From Pseudomonadota bacterium (GTDB taxonomy: Bacteria; Desulfobacterota; Binatia; UBA12015): a stretch of DNA of 60,910 nucleotides. The position numbers and the translations under genes were made by a program. Location: positions 1 to 60,910 of the forward strand of contig SXLG01000115.1 of assembly GCA_005777805.1 (NCBI GenBank). Direction: 5' to 3'. Shown in pieces: positions 9,219 through 19,034 of this stretch (its first letter is position 1; every line of letters begins with the position of its first letter). Under the pieces are notes generated by a model. The model saw only the letters and a list, made by a program, of their open reading frames with translations, was not told the origin of the DNA and ran no database searches.

Positions 9219-9647
9219 TCAGGCAGCCTGGGTCGAGCGCGTGAGTTCGCTGAGCTTGCGCTCGAGCGTCGCCACCTTGCGGGTGAGGCCGTCGAGATCG
9301 CTGTGGGTCGCGATCTGCAGGCGCTGGGCGGTCCGCTCGATGGCGGTGGTCCAGGTCTGGTCAAGCACGGCGATCTGCTTGCGCAGAAGCTCGGGCAGGC
9401 GACTGAGCTGATCGGCCTGGGCGAGAGCGACCCGCTGGGCGTCGGCCAGGTTCTCGCGCACTCGCTTGACGGTGGCCTCCGAGCGCGTCTGCGCTGCGTG
9501 GAGCGCGGCCTCGGATTGCGCGCGCAGTGTTGCGGCGGTGTCCTCGACCAATCGCTCGGCGCGGCCGCGCAGTTCGCGCGCTTGTGCCACGGCATCCGTG
9601 AGCGGTGTCCAGCGGTTGGCTTCGTGGGTCGTTTGCGTGGTTTCCAT
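9219..9647 (-). CDS. Coiled-coil protein, PhaI/PhaF-like phasin (polyhydroxyalkanoate granule associated)
   Basis: Strong AGGAGG SD before ATG 9647. Ala/Arg/Glu helical sequence with C-terminal IATHSDLDGLTRKVATLERKLSEL, resembling the PhaI/PhaF-type terminal motif. Confidence 0.55.
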   Translation of the reverse strand: METTQTTHEANRWTPLTDAVAQARELRGRAERLVEDTAATLRAQSEAALHAAQTRSEATVKRVRENLADAQRVALAQADQLSRLPELLRKQIAVLDQTWTTAIERTAQRLQIATHSDLDGLTRKVATLERKLSELTRSTQAA

Positions 9648-9765
9648 TGACGGTCCTCCTGCCTCCCGCCTAACACGACGCGTCATCATGGCAAGGGGGG
9701 GACGTGCTCGCACCAGCGGCGCTACCCGGCGCGGGGGGTCGTGCTACACGACAACGACCTCACCG

Positions 9766-10950
9766 ATGCTCCCCTACGCCAGACCCTCGATTACCGATGC
9801 CGAAGTCGCCGAGGTCGAGGCCTGCTTGCGCTCGGGCTGGCTCGCCACCGGGCCGCGCACGGCGCGCTTCGAAGCCGCCCTTGGCGAGCAGGTCGGTGGT
9901 CTCTCGGTGCTTGGGACGTGTTCGGGTACTGCAGCTCTCCATCTGGCGCTCGCCGCCCTCGGGATCGGCCCCGGCGACGAGGTGATCACCTCGCCGATGA
10001 CCTGGGTCTCGACGGCCAACGTCATCCTGCATGTCGGCGCCACACCGGTCTTTGCCGACATCGAGGCGAGAACGCTGAATCTCGATCCGGCGGCGGTTCG
10101 GGCGGCAGTTGGGGCCCGCACGCGCTGCATCCTGCCGGTTCATTTCGGCGGCGCGCCGTGCGACATGGACGCACTCTGTGGTCTCGCGCGCGAACACGAA
10201 GTCTTGCTCGTCGAGGACGCGGCGCACGCGCTCGGAGCGGCCTATGCGGGCCGGCCGATCGGTTCGATCGGCGATGCGACCATGTTCTCGTTCCATCCGG
10301 CGAAGAATCTGACCACGGGCGAGGGCGGGGCACTCGCCGTTCGCGACCCGGCGGTGGCCGCGCGCGCTGCCCGGCTGCGCTACCACGGCATTGCCCAGGA
10401 TCCGGGCGCGCGCTCGTCCGGGCGCGGCCCGGCCTCCTACGACGTCGTCGAGGCCGGTTTCAAGTATGCGATGAGCGATCTTCAGGCGGCGCTCGGCCTG
10501 GTTCAGCTCACCCGTCTCGAGGAGATGAACCGTCGCCGGGCCGAGCGGGCAGCGCTTTACCTCGACCGACTCGCCGACGTCGCGGGCGTGGCGCCGCTGG
10601 CGCTACCGGACGCCCGGCACCGCCACGCCTGGCACCTGATGGTCGTCCGGGTCGAAATCGAGCGGCTGCGGATCGAGCGCGATGAACTGGTCGGTCGCTT
10701 GCGCGAGGCCGGCATCGGCGCCGGGGTGCATTTCGTGCCGCTTCATCTGCAGTCGCTCTACCGGCCCTTCGTGCCGGCGGCTTCGGCACTGCCCGTGGCG
10801 ACCGACGCGCATCGGCGCATTCTCACGCTGCCGCTCTTCCCCGACATGGAGAGCACGGATGTCGAGCGCGTGGTCGAGATCCTGAACCGGATTCTGCGCG
10901 AGACAGAGCGTGGCACGGCGGTGCGCGCCGCGGCATCGGTGGAGGCGTGA
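9766..10950 (+). CDS. arnB: DegT/DnrJ/EryC1/StrS PLP aminotransferase, ArnB-like
   Basis: SGWLATGP, SGTAALHL, VEDAAHA, FSFHPAKNLTTGEGG (PLP Lys), LTLPLFP. First gene of the arn-like operon. Confidence 0.85.
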   Translation: MLPYARPSITDAEVAEVEACLRSGWLATGPRTARFEAALGEQVGGLSVLGTCSGTAALHLALAALGIGPGDEVITSPMTWVSTANVILHVGATPVFADIEARTLNLDPAAVRAAVGARTRCILPVHFGGAPCDMDALCGLAREHEVLLVEDAAHALGAAYAGRPIGSIGDATMFSFHPAKNLTTGEGGALAVRDPAVAARAARLRYHGIAQDPGARSSGRGPASYDVVEAGFKYAMSDLQAALGLVQLTRLEEMNRRRAERAALYLDRLADVAGVAPLALPDARHRHAWHLMVVRVEIERLRIERDELVGRLREAGIGAGVHFVPLHLQSLYRPFVPAASALPVATDAHRRILTLPLFPDMESTDVERVVEILNRILRETERGTAVRAAASVEA

Positions 10951-11954
10951 TGGACGGCGCGTGGCTCGCCTCGGCGGGGGCGCTCGACGCGGCGAGCGGC
11001 AGCATCGAACTCTCGGTCGTCGTCCCGGTGTTCAACGAGGAGGCGAATCTCCCACGGCTTCATGCCGCCGTGGTCCAGGCGCTGGAGGGTATTGCCTTCG
11101 AGCTGGTGCTGGTCGACGACGGCTCGAAGGATCGATCGGTCGAGATCATGCGGGCGTTGGCGAGCGCGCATCCCGAGGTCGCGGTGGTCGAGCTGGTCCG
11201 GAACTCGGGCCAGCACGCGGCGGTTCTCGCGGGCTTCACCGTGACGCGGGGCGATTACGTGGTCACCCTCGACGCCGACCTCCAGAATCCACCCGAGGAG
11301 ATTCCGCTCCTGCTCGCCGAATTGCGCCGTGGTCACGATCTCGTCGGGACTTTCCGCGAGCGCCGGCTCGACGGTTGGCTCCGCCGCCGCATCTCGGAGG
11401 CCGTCAATGTTGTCACCCGAGCGAGCCTCGGCGCGGGCATGCGCGACTACGGCTGCATGTTGCGCGGCTACCGGCGCGACGTGGTTCTGGAAGTGATCGC
11501 CCTCGCGGAGCAGGCGGCCTTTGTGCCGGCGCTGGCGATGACCATCGCGGCTGATCCGATCGAGATTCCGGTGCAGCATCGCGAACGGAAAGAGGGCAGC
11601 TCGCGCTACTCGCCGCTCAAGCTGATGCGACTCGGTCTCGACCTGATCACCGGATATTCGCTCTTGCCAATCCAACTCGTCTCTCTGCTCGGCGTGGCGG
11701 TGGCCGTGCTCGGTACGGCGTTCGCCGTGTTTCTCTTCCTGCGGCGGCTCGTGGTCGGCCCGGAGAGCGAAGGCGTCTTTACTCTCTTCGCGATTCTCTT
11801 CGCGGTGCAGGGCGTGCTGCTCCTCGCGGTGGGGCTGGTCGGCGAATATGTTGGCCGGATCTATGCGGAGGTTCGGCGGCGGCCCCTCTTCCGGATCCGG
11901 CGCGTGACGCGCGGTGGAGTCGAGGTGCCAGCGCCGGTGGTCGCGCGTGCGTAG
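10947..11954 (+). CDS. arnC: GT2 undecaprenyl-phosphate glycosyltransferase, ArnC-like
   Basis: VVVPVFNEE, VDDGSKD, RNSGQHAA, TLDADLQNPPEEIP, DYGCMLRGY; two C-terminal TM helices. Confidence 0.88.
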   Translation: MMDGAWLASAGALDAASGSIELSVVVPVFNEEANLPRLHAAVVQALEGIAFELVLVDDGSKDRSVEIMRALASAHPEVAVVELVRNSGQHAAVLAGFTVTRGDYVVTLDADLQNPPEEIPLLLAELRRGHDLVGTFRERRLDGWLRRRISEAVNVVTRASLGAGMRDYGCMLRGYRRDVVLEVIALAEQAAFVPALAMTIAADPIEIPVQHRERKEGSSRYSPLKLMRLGLDLITGYSLLPIQLVSLLGVAVAVLGTAFAVFLFLRRLVVGPESEGVFTLFAILFAVQGVLLLAVGLVGEYVGRIYAEVRRRPLFRIRRVTRGGVEVPAPVVARA

Positions 11955-12936
11955 CGTCCTCTTCGCCTACGGGGCCGTCGGCCATGCCGCGCTGGAAGAA
12001 CTGCTGGCGATGGAGTCGGATGTCGCGCTGGTGGTGACGCATGACGATTCGCCGGGCGAGAACATCTGGTTTCCCTCGGTCGCGGCACGGGCGCGCGACG
12101 CGGGAATCCCGGTGCGGGTGCCCGACGATGTGAACGGCCCCGCGGTCCAGGAGCAGCTCGCAGCGCTCGCGCCCGATCTGTTGCTCTCCGTCTATTTCCG
12201 CAGCATGCTCTCCCGTCCCGTCCTTGAATCTGCGCGCTACGCAGCACTCAACCTGCATGGTTCGCTCTTGCCCCGCTACCGCGGCCGCTGCCCGGTGAAT
12301 TGGGTGCTGGTCAAGGGCGAGAGCGAGACCGGTGTCACGCTCCATCACATGGACGAGAAGCCCGACCACGGCGACATCGTGGCGCAGCGTCGGGTGCCGA
12401 TTGGCCGCGCCCAAACGGCACTCGGGCTGACCCGGCAGCTCGCTGCGGCCGGGCGTTCGCTGCTGCGCGAGATCCATCCGCGACTGGTCGATCGGACAGC
12501 ACCGCGGATCCCCCAGGACCACACTCAGGCGAGCTACTTCGGTGGGCGAGGGCCGGCCGATGGCCGGGTCGACTGGGCTGCGCCGGCCGAGTCGATCCGT
12601 AATCTGGTGCGGGCGGTCACCCATCCGTGGCCGGGCGCGTTCACCGGGTTCCGTGGCTCGACCTTGCCGCTGTGGGCAGCCGAGACCCATCCGGCATGGA
12701 CGGGCAGCCGGCCGGGAGAGCTGCGCCTGATCGACGGGCGGGTTCTGGTCGCGACGGGCGAGGGCGCGCTCGAACTCTGTGCGCTTGCCGGCCGAGGCGA
12801 TGCACCGCTCGCCGGTGCCCAGTGGTGGGTCGAGAATGGGGTTCGTGCGGGCGAGCAACTCGGTGAACCCTCGCCGGCGAAATCGCTTGCTCACAGCGCG
12901 GTCGCTCCAGACGTCTCCCGGGTCAAGGGCGCATGA
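11947..12936 (+). CDS. arnA: Stand-alone sugar-nucleotide formyltransferase (ArnA N-terminal domain only)
   Basis: LFAYG.VG, VVTHDDSPGENIWFPSV, NLHGSLLPRYRGRCPVNW, GPADGRVDW, VTHPWPGAF. No NAD-dependent decarboxylase domain is fused. Confidence 0.75.
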   Translation: MRSVLFAYGAVGHAALEELLAMESDVALVVTHDDSPGENIWFPSVAARARDAGIPVRVPDDVNGPAVQEQLAALAPDLLLSVYFRSMLSRPVLESARYAALNLHGSLLPRYRGRCPVNWVLVKGESETGVTLHHMDEKPDHGDIVAQRRVPIGRAQTALGLTRQLAAAGRSLLREIHPRLVDRTAPRIPQDHTQASYFGGRGPADGRVDWAAPAESIRNLVRAVTHPWPGAFTGFRGSTLPLWAAETHPAWTGSRPGELRLIDGRVLVATGEGALELCALAGRGDAPLAGAQWWVENGVRAGEQLGEPSPAKSLAHSAVAPDVSRVKGA

Positions 12937-13907
12937 ACTCGCCGGGCCGACGCGCGCCGGGTGGGAGTCTTCTCCCGGCGCCTGAGCGGGGCGACGCAGG
13001 GAGCGCGGCCCTAGCGTGCTTCGCCCTCAAGGTCGATGTCGACACCTTCGAGGGCCTCGCTCACGGCGTGCCGCGACTCCTGCGGCTGCTTGACCGCCAC
13101 GGTGTTCGTGCCTCGTTCTTCATCGCCATGGGGCCCGACCGCAGTGGCGTGGCGGCGCTGCGCGCGTTCCGCCAGCGCGGCTTCCTCACCAAGATGATCC
13201 GCAGCCGCGCGCCCTCGATGTACCCCTGGCGCACCATGCTCGCCGGGACCTTGCTGCCTGCGAAAGCGATCGCGGGATCGCTCCCCGCGAGCCTGCGCGA
13301 GATCGCCAGCGCCGGCCACGAGGTTGGGGTGCACGGCTGGGATCACGTCCGCTGGCACGATCACCTCGTCTCGATGGCGCCCGAACACGTCAGCCGCGAA
13401 ATCGACGCTGCACGACGTCTCTTTGCCGACATCATGGGCGTCCCGCCGCGCGGCGTCGCCGCGCCGGGCTGGCAGTGTAGCGCTTCGAGTCTGCGCGCAG
13501 TCGATGCGGCGGGCTTTGCCTACCGCAGCGATTCGCGCGGGGAGCGACCCTGTCGCCCGGTCTGTGCCGATTACGTCGCCCGCGTGCCCGAGATCCCCAC
13601 CACCTTGCCGACCCTCGACGAAGTCCTCGGCCGGCAGGGCCGCGACCCGGCGGCACTCGCCGAGCGCTATGGCCAGTGGATTCACTGGGACGGGCTCAAT
13701 GTCCACACGATCCACGCCGAGATCGAAGGGGGCCCCTGTGCCGCGCACCTCGACTGCTTGCTCGCCCGTGTCGTGCCGCGTCTGCCCGTCGTGACGCTCG
13801 AGGATGTCGCAGCTCGACTCACCGACGTGGCCTTGCCCGAAGTCGAGCTGCGGCGTGGGCGGCTCCCCGGTCGGGGTGGCCTGGTGAGCGTGGCGGCTTC
13901 GACATGA
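12933..13907 (+). CDS. arnD: Polysaccharide deacetylase/deformylase, ArnD-like
   Basis: LKVDVDT..G...GVPRL, ASFFIAMGPDRSG, HEVGVHGWDH..WHD, AAPGW, EIPTTLPTLDE, VHTIHAEIEG. Confidence 0.88.
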   Translation: MNSPGRRAPGGSLLPAPERGDAGSAALACFALKVDVDTFEGLAHGVPRLLRLLDRHGVRASFFIAMGPDRSGVAALRAFRQRGFLTKMIRSRAPSMYPWRTMLAGTLLPAKAIAGSLPASLREIASAGHEVGVHGWDHVRWHDHLVSMAPEHVSREIDAARRLFADIMGVPPRGVAAPGWQCSASSLRAVDAAGFAYRSDSRGERPCRPVCADYVARVPEIPTTLPTLDEVLGRQGRDPAALAERYGQWIHWDGLNVHTIHAEIEGGPCAAHLDCLLARVVPRLPVVTLEDVAARLTDVALPEVELRRGRLPGRGGLVSVAAST

Positions 13908-15658
13908 AGCGAATGAATGTCCTGACCCTTTGCGGCGCGCTCGGACTGATCGCGCTCTACACGCTGGGGATTGCCGGCTACCCGTTGCAGGATCCCGACG
14001 AGGGTCGCTACGCGGCGATCCCGCTGGAGATGCTGCTGAGTGGCGACTGGGTGACGCCGCGCCTGAACGGCGCCAGTTACTTCGAGAAACCGCCGCTTCT
14101 CTACTGGTTGGTGGCGAGCTGTTTTTCCATCCTTGGCGTGAGCGAGGGCGTGGCCAGGCTGGTGCCCGCCTGCGCCGCAATCTTGACCGTCGCCATCGTG
14201 TGGCTGCTCGGGCGCCGGGAGGTGAGTGCGCGGGCAGGCGCGCTGGGGGCGGCCATTCTTGCCACGTCGCCCCTCTTTTTTGTGATCGGCCAGACGCTCG
14301 TGATCGACGGTCTGTTGACCCTTCTGTGGACCGCGACACTGGCGGCGACCTGGCTCGCGGCGACAGCACCCGACGAGAAGCGACGCGCCTGGGTACTGGT
14401 CGCGACGGCGGCCTGTGCGCTGGGCGTGCTGGCCAAGGGACTGGTCGCTCTCGCGGTGCCCGGACTCACCGCACTCCTCTGGCTCGCGCTCGAACGGGAC
14501 TGGCGGACCGCGCGCCTCTTTCTGCGCCCCAGCCCGATCGCCGTGTTTCTCGTCCTGACCGTGCCCTGGTTCGTGCGCGTGGCACAGGCCAATCCCGACT
14601 TTCTGGAATTTTTTTTCATACGAGAGCATTTTGGCCGCTACATGGCGGGTGTCGGCCACCGCGAGGGCCCGTGGTACTACCTGCCGGTGCTTGCGGCCGG
14701 GCCGTTGCCGTGGACGGCGCTGGCGGCGGGCCTTGCGTTGTCGCCTGCGGGTCGGGCCGCGTTCCGCAGTGTCCGGGGCGAGCCGCTGGTTCGCTTTCTC
14801 GGCCTCTGGTCCTTGACGGTCATCGGCTTCTTCGGCCTCGCTTCGTCGAAGCTCGCGCCCTATGTCCTGCCGGCCTTTCCGCCTGCAGCATTGCTGGCCG
14901 GGATCTGGCTCGACCGGGTCCTGCGCTTTGGCGATGGCCTGCGCGGGCCGCTCGGCTCGATCGGTGGCGGGATGGTTGTGTTGGGCCTGCTCGCCTCGGG
15001 CACAGGCGGCCTCGGACTCCTGTTTGCGGAGTGGAATGTCCTCGGGGCTCTATTCGACGCCGCAGATGTGTGGGCGGTCTCGCGCGCGACGCTGGCCTGC
15101 GGCAGTGCGGCCACGGTGGGGGGCTGGCTCGTGCGCCGTCTGGCGCGGACCGCGACCGACGGTGGTGCCGCTGCGCTGCGCGGACTCGTCGTGACGATGG
15201 GGCTCGTGCTGCTCGCGGTCACGGTGGGTCGCAGTGTGGGCAAGACCAGTCGGGCCATGGGCCTCGCGATTCGTGCGCAGGCCTCGCCCGACGCCGCGGT
15301 GGTCGCCTACGAACGCTTCATGCAGAGCCTCGGCTTCTACGCTGGGAGACGGGTCGTGTTGATCGACAACTTCGGCGAGCTCCGGCCCTCGGAGGCGTGG
15401 ACGCCCGATCGCGACGACTGGTTCTGGCACGGACGGGAGAGACTCCTCGCCCTCTGGGCTTCGCCGACGCCGGTCTTTCTGGCGACCGGCAACGACGAAC
15501 TCGCAGGCCTCACCGAGATTCTCGATCCGCCGCCGGTCGTGCTCGTGCGGGAGCATCGGCGCGTGCTGGTGACAAAGCCCGCGCCGCCGGGCCCCGCCGC
15601 TGCGACGACGCGACGAGATGAGGCGCAACGTCTGGCAGGTCCGCAGGACTCTCGTTAA
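13904..15658 (+). CDS. arnT: GT83/GT39 lipid-carrier-dependent glycosyltransferase, ArnT-like
   Basis: DPDEGRYA...EML.SGDW.TP.LNG..YFEKPPL.YW, KG.VA, EHFGRY, SKLAPYVLP; multiple TM helices. Confidence 0.88.
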   Translation: MKRMNVLTLCGALGLIALYTLGIAGYPLQDPDEGRYAAIPLEMLLSGDWVTPRLNGASYFEKPPLLYWLVASCFSILGVSEGVARLVPACAAILTVAIVWLLGRREVSARAGALGAAILATSPLFFVIGQTLVIDGLLTLLWTATLAATWLAATAPDEKRRAWVLVATAACALGVLAKGLVALAVPGLTALLWLALERDWRTARLFLRPSPIAVFLVLTVPWFVRVAQANPDFLEFFFIREHFGRYMAGVGHREGPWYYLPVLAAGPLPWTALAAGLALSPAGRAAFRSVRGEPLVRFLGLWSLTVIGFFGLASSKLAPYVLPAFPPAALLAGIWLDRVLRFGDGLRGPLGSIGGGMVVLGLLASGTGGLGLLFAEWNVLGALFDAADVWAVSRATLACGSAATVGGWLVRRLARTATDGGAAALRGLVVTMGLVLLAVTVGRSVGKTSRAMGLAIRAQASPDAAVVAYERFMQSLGFYAGRRVVLIDNFGELRPSEAWTPDRDDWFWHGRERLLALWASPTPVFLATGNDELAGLTEILDPPPVVLVREHRRVLVTKPAPPGPAAATTRRDEAQRLAGPQDSR

Positions 15659-15687
15659 AGGGCCGCCCGGAAGGGGAACGTCGGGGG

Positions 15688-16299
15688 ATGGCGATGGAAC
15701 GGCGGCAGGTGCTGCTCGGGGCCGATGCACGGCCTGGTGGCGCGGATCTGCGGGACTCCTTCTTTACGTCCCGCTACCAGGATGCACTGGCCTGGGCGCG
15801 GAAATTCGCCTTCTTCCAGTATCCCTTCGTGACCGCCTGTTGCGGCATGGAATACATGTCGGTCACCGGTCCGCGCTACGACACCGATCGCTTCGGTCTG
15901 ACACTGCCACGCTTTACGCCGCGCCAGTCCGATCTGCTCCTCGTCGTGGGAACCATCACACACCGGCAGGCGCCGATCCTGCGCCGGGTGTGGGAGCAGA
16001 TGGCGGATCCCAAATGGGTGCTCTCGTTCGGCAACTGCACCAACAGCGGCGGTCCTTACGACAACTACGCGGTGGTGCAGGGCATCGACACGATCGTTCC
16101 CGTCGATATCTACGTGCCGGGTTGTCCGCCGCGCCCCGAGGCTGTGATCGACGGACTCTTGAAGCTTCAGGAGAGAATCCAGCGCGAGCGAACGAACCAG
16201 CCGGTCGAGAACATCCACGGCAGCGTATCGGCGGCACAGTACGTCGGCGGTGCCGCCGTGCGCCTGGCTTCCGGCAACGTGGAGCCGCATCGTGACTGA
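15688..16299 (+). CDS. nuoB: NADH:quinone oxidoreductase subunit B
   Basis: TACCGMEY (tandem Cys of cluster N2), PRQSDLL.V.GT, QMADPKWV..FGNC..SGG, YVPGCPPRPE. Confidence 0.95.
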   Translation: MAMERRQVLLGADARPGGADLRDSFFTSRYQDALAWARKFAFFQYPFVTACCGMEYMSVTGPRYDTDRFGLTLPRFTPRQSDLLLVVGTITHRQAPILRRVWEQMADPKWVLSFGNCTNSGGPYDNYAVVQGIDTIVPVDIYVPGCPPRPEAVIDGLLKLQERIQRERTNQPVENIHGSVSAAQYVGGAAVRLASGNVEPHRD

Positions 16300-17932
16300 G
16301 GCGGGCGGGCCCGACGAAAAGCCCGCCACGGTCCGTGTCGTCATCGACGGCCGCGAGATCGAGGCCGAGCCGGGGGCGCCGCTGCTGCAGGTGGCGCTCG
16401 ACCACGGCATCCAGATCCCCCACTACTGCTACCACCCCAAGCTCTCGATCGATGGCAGTTGCCGGATGTGCCAGGTGCAGATCCAGGGACAGAAAAAACT
16501 GGCGATCGCGTGCAATACGCCCTGCACCGAGGGACTGGTGGTCGACACGCGCGGCGACGAGGTCGCCGATGCCCGACGTGGCGTGATGGAGCTTTTGCTC
16601 GTTAATCACCCGCTCGATTGTCCGATCTGCGACCAGGCGGGCGAGTGTCACCTCCAGGATTATTCCTTTGCCCACGGCAGCCACCACGCCCGCACCGAGA
16701 GCCCGCGGCGCAAGGGTTTGAAGCGCCACCCGATCGGGCCGCGGGTCGTCTTCGACCAGGAGCGCTGCATCCTCTGCCGGCGCTGCGTCCGCTTCACGCA
16801 GGAGATCACGCAAACCGACGAGCTGCGCGTGTTCGGGATCGGCGACACCTCGCACATCGGCACCCTCGAGAGCCGTCCGCTGGACAACCCCTACTCGGTC
16901 AACGTCGCCGACATCTGCCCTGTCGGCGCGTTGCTCTCGGCCGATTTCCACCACAAGCGGCGGGTCTGGTTCCTCGATACGACCGCGAGCGTGTGCGCCG
17001 GCTGCGCCAACGGCTGCAACATCGAAATCGGCACGTGGCGGAACGAGATCCAGCGTCTCACGCCGCGTCGCAACGACGCGGTCAACGACACCTGGATGTG
17101 CGATGCCGGGCGCCTGGGTTACGGCTTCGTCGGGGCGGCTGATCGGATCCGTGCGGCACGGGTTCGTATCGATGGCGAGCAGCGCGAGGTCAGCCTCCAG
17201 AATGCGCTGGATGCCGCCGCAGAGGCGCTACGGCAAGTACGCGCGACGCACGGCGCGGGAGCGATCGCCATCGTCGGCTCGGCACATCTCACCAACGAGG
17301 AATGCTTCCGGCTCGCCGCCGTCGCGCGCGACGAAGTGCAGACTCCACACCTGGACCTTGCAGTACCGCTCGGCACGAGCGATGCGTTCCTCGTCAAGGC
17401 GGAGAAAGCCGCCAACGCGCGCGGCGCACGCGACATGGGACTCGTGCCGGGCGAGGGCGGTCACGATCTCGCGGGGATCGCAGCGGCCGTGGAAGCCGGC
17501 GAGATCCGGGCGCTCTGGGTGGTGGGCAGCCGGGATCTCGAGGAAGTGATCGGCGGCGAGCGGGCCGCCAAGGTTGCTGCGGCTCTCGAAGTGCTTGTCG
17601 TGCAGGACGTTCAACCCTCGTACCTGACGGCAGCGGCAACTATCGTATTGCCGGGCGCGACCTGGGCCGAGAAGAGCGGCACCTTCACCAATCACGCGGG
17701 CCGCGTGCAACGGATCGGAGGGGCGGTCACGCCACCCGAGGGTGTCGTCGTCGATGGCGAACTCTTCGCGCGCCTGGCGTCGGCTCTGGCCGGTGGCGCT
17801 GTGGCGGCCTTCGAACCGGCACAGGTGTTCGATCAGATTGCCGCGGGCGTGGCGACCTACGCGGGGCTCTCGCACCTCGTTCTCGGTGCCGGTGGCCGCA
17901 ACGCCGGCGCCGCCGCGAACGGGGAGGCCTGA
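16292..17932 (+). CDS. nuoG: NADH:quinone oxidoreductase subunit G, short form (546 aa)
   Basis: HYCYHP..SCRMC..ACNTP (N1b), NHPLDCPICDQAGEC (N5), CILCRRC..CPVGAL (N4), CAGCANGC..MCDAGR (N7-type), followed by a truncated molybdopterin-oxidoreductase-like domain. GTG overlaps the end of nuoB. Confidence 0.85.
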   Translation: MTEAGGPDEKPATVRVVIDGREIEAEPGAPLLQVALDHGIQIPHYCYHPKLSIDGSCRMCQVQIQGQKKLAIACNTPCTEGLVVDTRGDEVADARRGVMELLLVNHPLDCPICDQAGECHLQDYSFAHGSHHARTESPRRKGLKRHPIGPRVVFDQERCILCRRCVRFTQEITQTDELRVFGIGDTSHIGTLESRPLDNPYSVNVADICPVGALLSADFHHKRRVWFLDTTASVCAGCANGCNIEIGTWRNEIQRLTPRRNDAVNDTWMCDAGRLGYGFVGAADRIRAARVRIDGEQREVSLQNALDAAAEALRQVRATHGAGAIAIVGSAHLTNEECFRLAAVARDEVQTPHLDLAVPLGTSDAFLVKAEKAANARGARDMGLVPGEGGHDLAGIAAAVEAGEIRALWVVGSRDLEEVIGGERAAKVAAALEVLVVQDVQPSYLTAAATIVLPGATWAEKSGTFTNHAGRVQRIGGAVTPPEGVVVDGELFARLASALAGGAVAAFEPAQVFDQIAAGVATYAGLSHLVLGAGGRNAGAAANGEA

Positions 17933-17934
17933 AA

Positions 17935-18480
17935 ATGGCGGCACGGGTGACCCAGGTCGACCGGGAGGCCGTTCGCCGATCGACCGGAGCGCTGGGCGTG
18001 GCGGCGACGCTGCGCGGCCTGAGAGTCACGAGTAGGCATTTTATTCGCAACCTCTGGGGATGGATGGTCGGCAAGCCTCAAGTCCGCACCGTGATGGTGC
18101 CGGAAGAGGAAGATCCGAAGCCCGCCGCATTTCGTGGGATGCCGGTGCTTGTCGCTCTCGACAGCGGCAAGGAGCGCTGCGTTGCCTGCGGGCTCTGCGA
18201 GTGGGCGTGCCCGGTCGACTGCATCCACATCGAGCCGGGTGAGACCGTCGACGAGGTCGAGCGCTACCCGCGGGTCTTCGACATCGACATGGGCCGCTGC
18301 ATGTACTGCGGCCTGTGCGAGGAGGCCTGTCCGGAGGAGGCCATCGTGATGAGCGCGCGCGTCGATATCAGCGCTTTCTCGCGGGCCGGTCTGCTCTGGC
18401 ACAAGGATCAGCTGCTCACACCGGCGAGCCAGCTCGCCCGCCGGCTCGCGTATATTCGCGAAGACTACGGGCGGCGCTGA
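17935..18480 (+). CDS. nuoI: NADH:quinone oxidoreductase subunit I
   Basis: FRGMPVL, CVACGLCEWACP, FDIDMGRCMYCGLCEEACPEEAI (two 4Fe-4S). Confidence 0.93.
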   Translation: MAARVTQVDREAVRRSTGALGVAATLRGLRVTSRHFIRNLWGWMVGKPQVRTVMVPEEEDPKPAAFRGMPVLVALDSGKERCVACGLCEWACPVDCIHIEPGETVDEVERYPRVFDIDMGRCMYCGLCEEACPEEAIVMSARVDISAFSRAGLLWHKDQLLTPASQLARRLAYIREDYGRR

Positions 18481-18485
18481 GGTCG

Positions 18486-19034
18486 ATGGTGGGTGAGTCG
18501 CAAACGGCAGGGCAGGGCGATGAGGCGGCAGCACAGCACCCGCTCCTGCGGGCGCTCGCGGGGCGGTTCGGCGCGCGCGTTCTCGGCACGCACGCCTGGC
18601 GCGGCGACGTGTCCGCCGTGATCGAGGCCGGGGCTCTGCTCGAGGTCGCCCGCTTCCTGCGCGATGGCGGCGAGGCGGGTTTCGACATGCTGCTCGATGT
18701 CACCGCGGTGGACTACCTCGGTCGCGCGCCACGCTTCGAGGTGGTCTACCACCTGGTCGCGACGACGAGCGGGGCACGCATCCGACTGAAAGTTCCGCTC
18801 GACGGGGCTGAACCGGCACTGCCGAGCCTGGTCTCGGTGTGGCCAGGCGCGAACTGGCTCGAGCGCGAGACCTTCGACATGTACGGAATCCGCTTCGAGG
18901 CCCATCCCGACCTCCGCCGGATCTACCTCTACGACGAGTTCGAGGGCCATCCGCTGCGCAAGGATTACCCCAAGCAGAAACGCCAACCGCTGATCGGTCC
19001 GGGGTCACGGGCTGAATCCGGGAGTACGCGGTGA
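18486..19034 (+). CDS. nuoC: NADH:quinone oxidoreductase subunit C
   Basis: LLDVTAVDY, RFEVVYHL, WPGANWLERETFDMYGIRF..HPDLRRI...GHPLRKDYP. Confidence 0.95.
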   Translation: MVGESQTAGQGDEAAAQHPLLRALAGRFGARVLGTHAWRGDVSAVIEAGALLEVARFLRDGGEAGFDMLLDVTAVDYLGRAPRFEVVYHLVATTSGARIRLKVPLDGAEPALPSLVSVWPGANWLERETFDMYGIRFEAHPDLRRIYLYDEFEGHPLRKDYPKQKRQPLIGPGSRAESGSTR

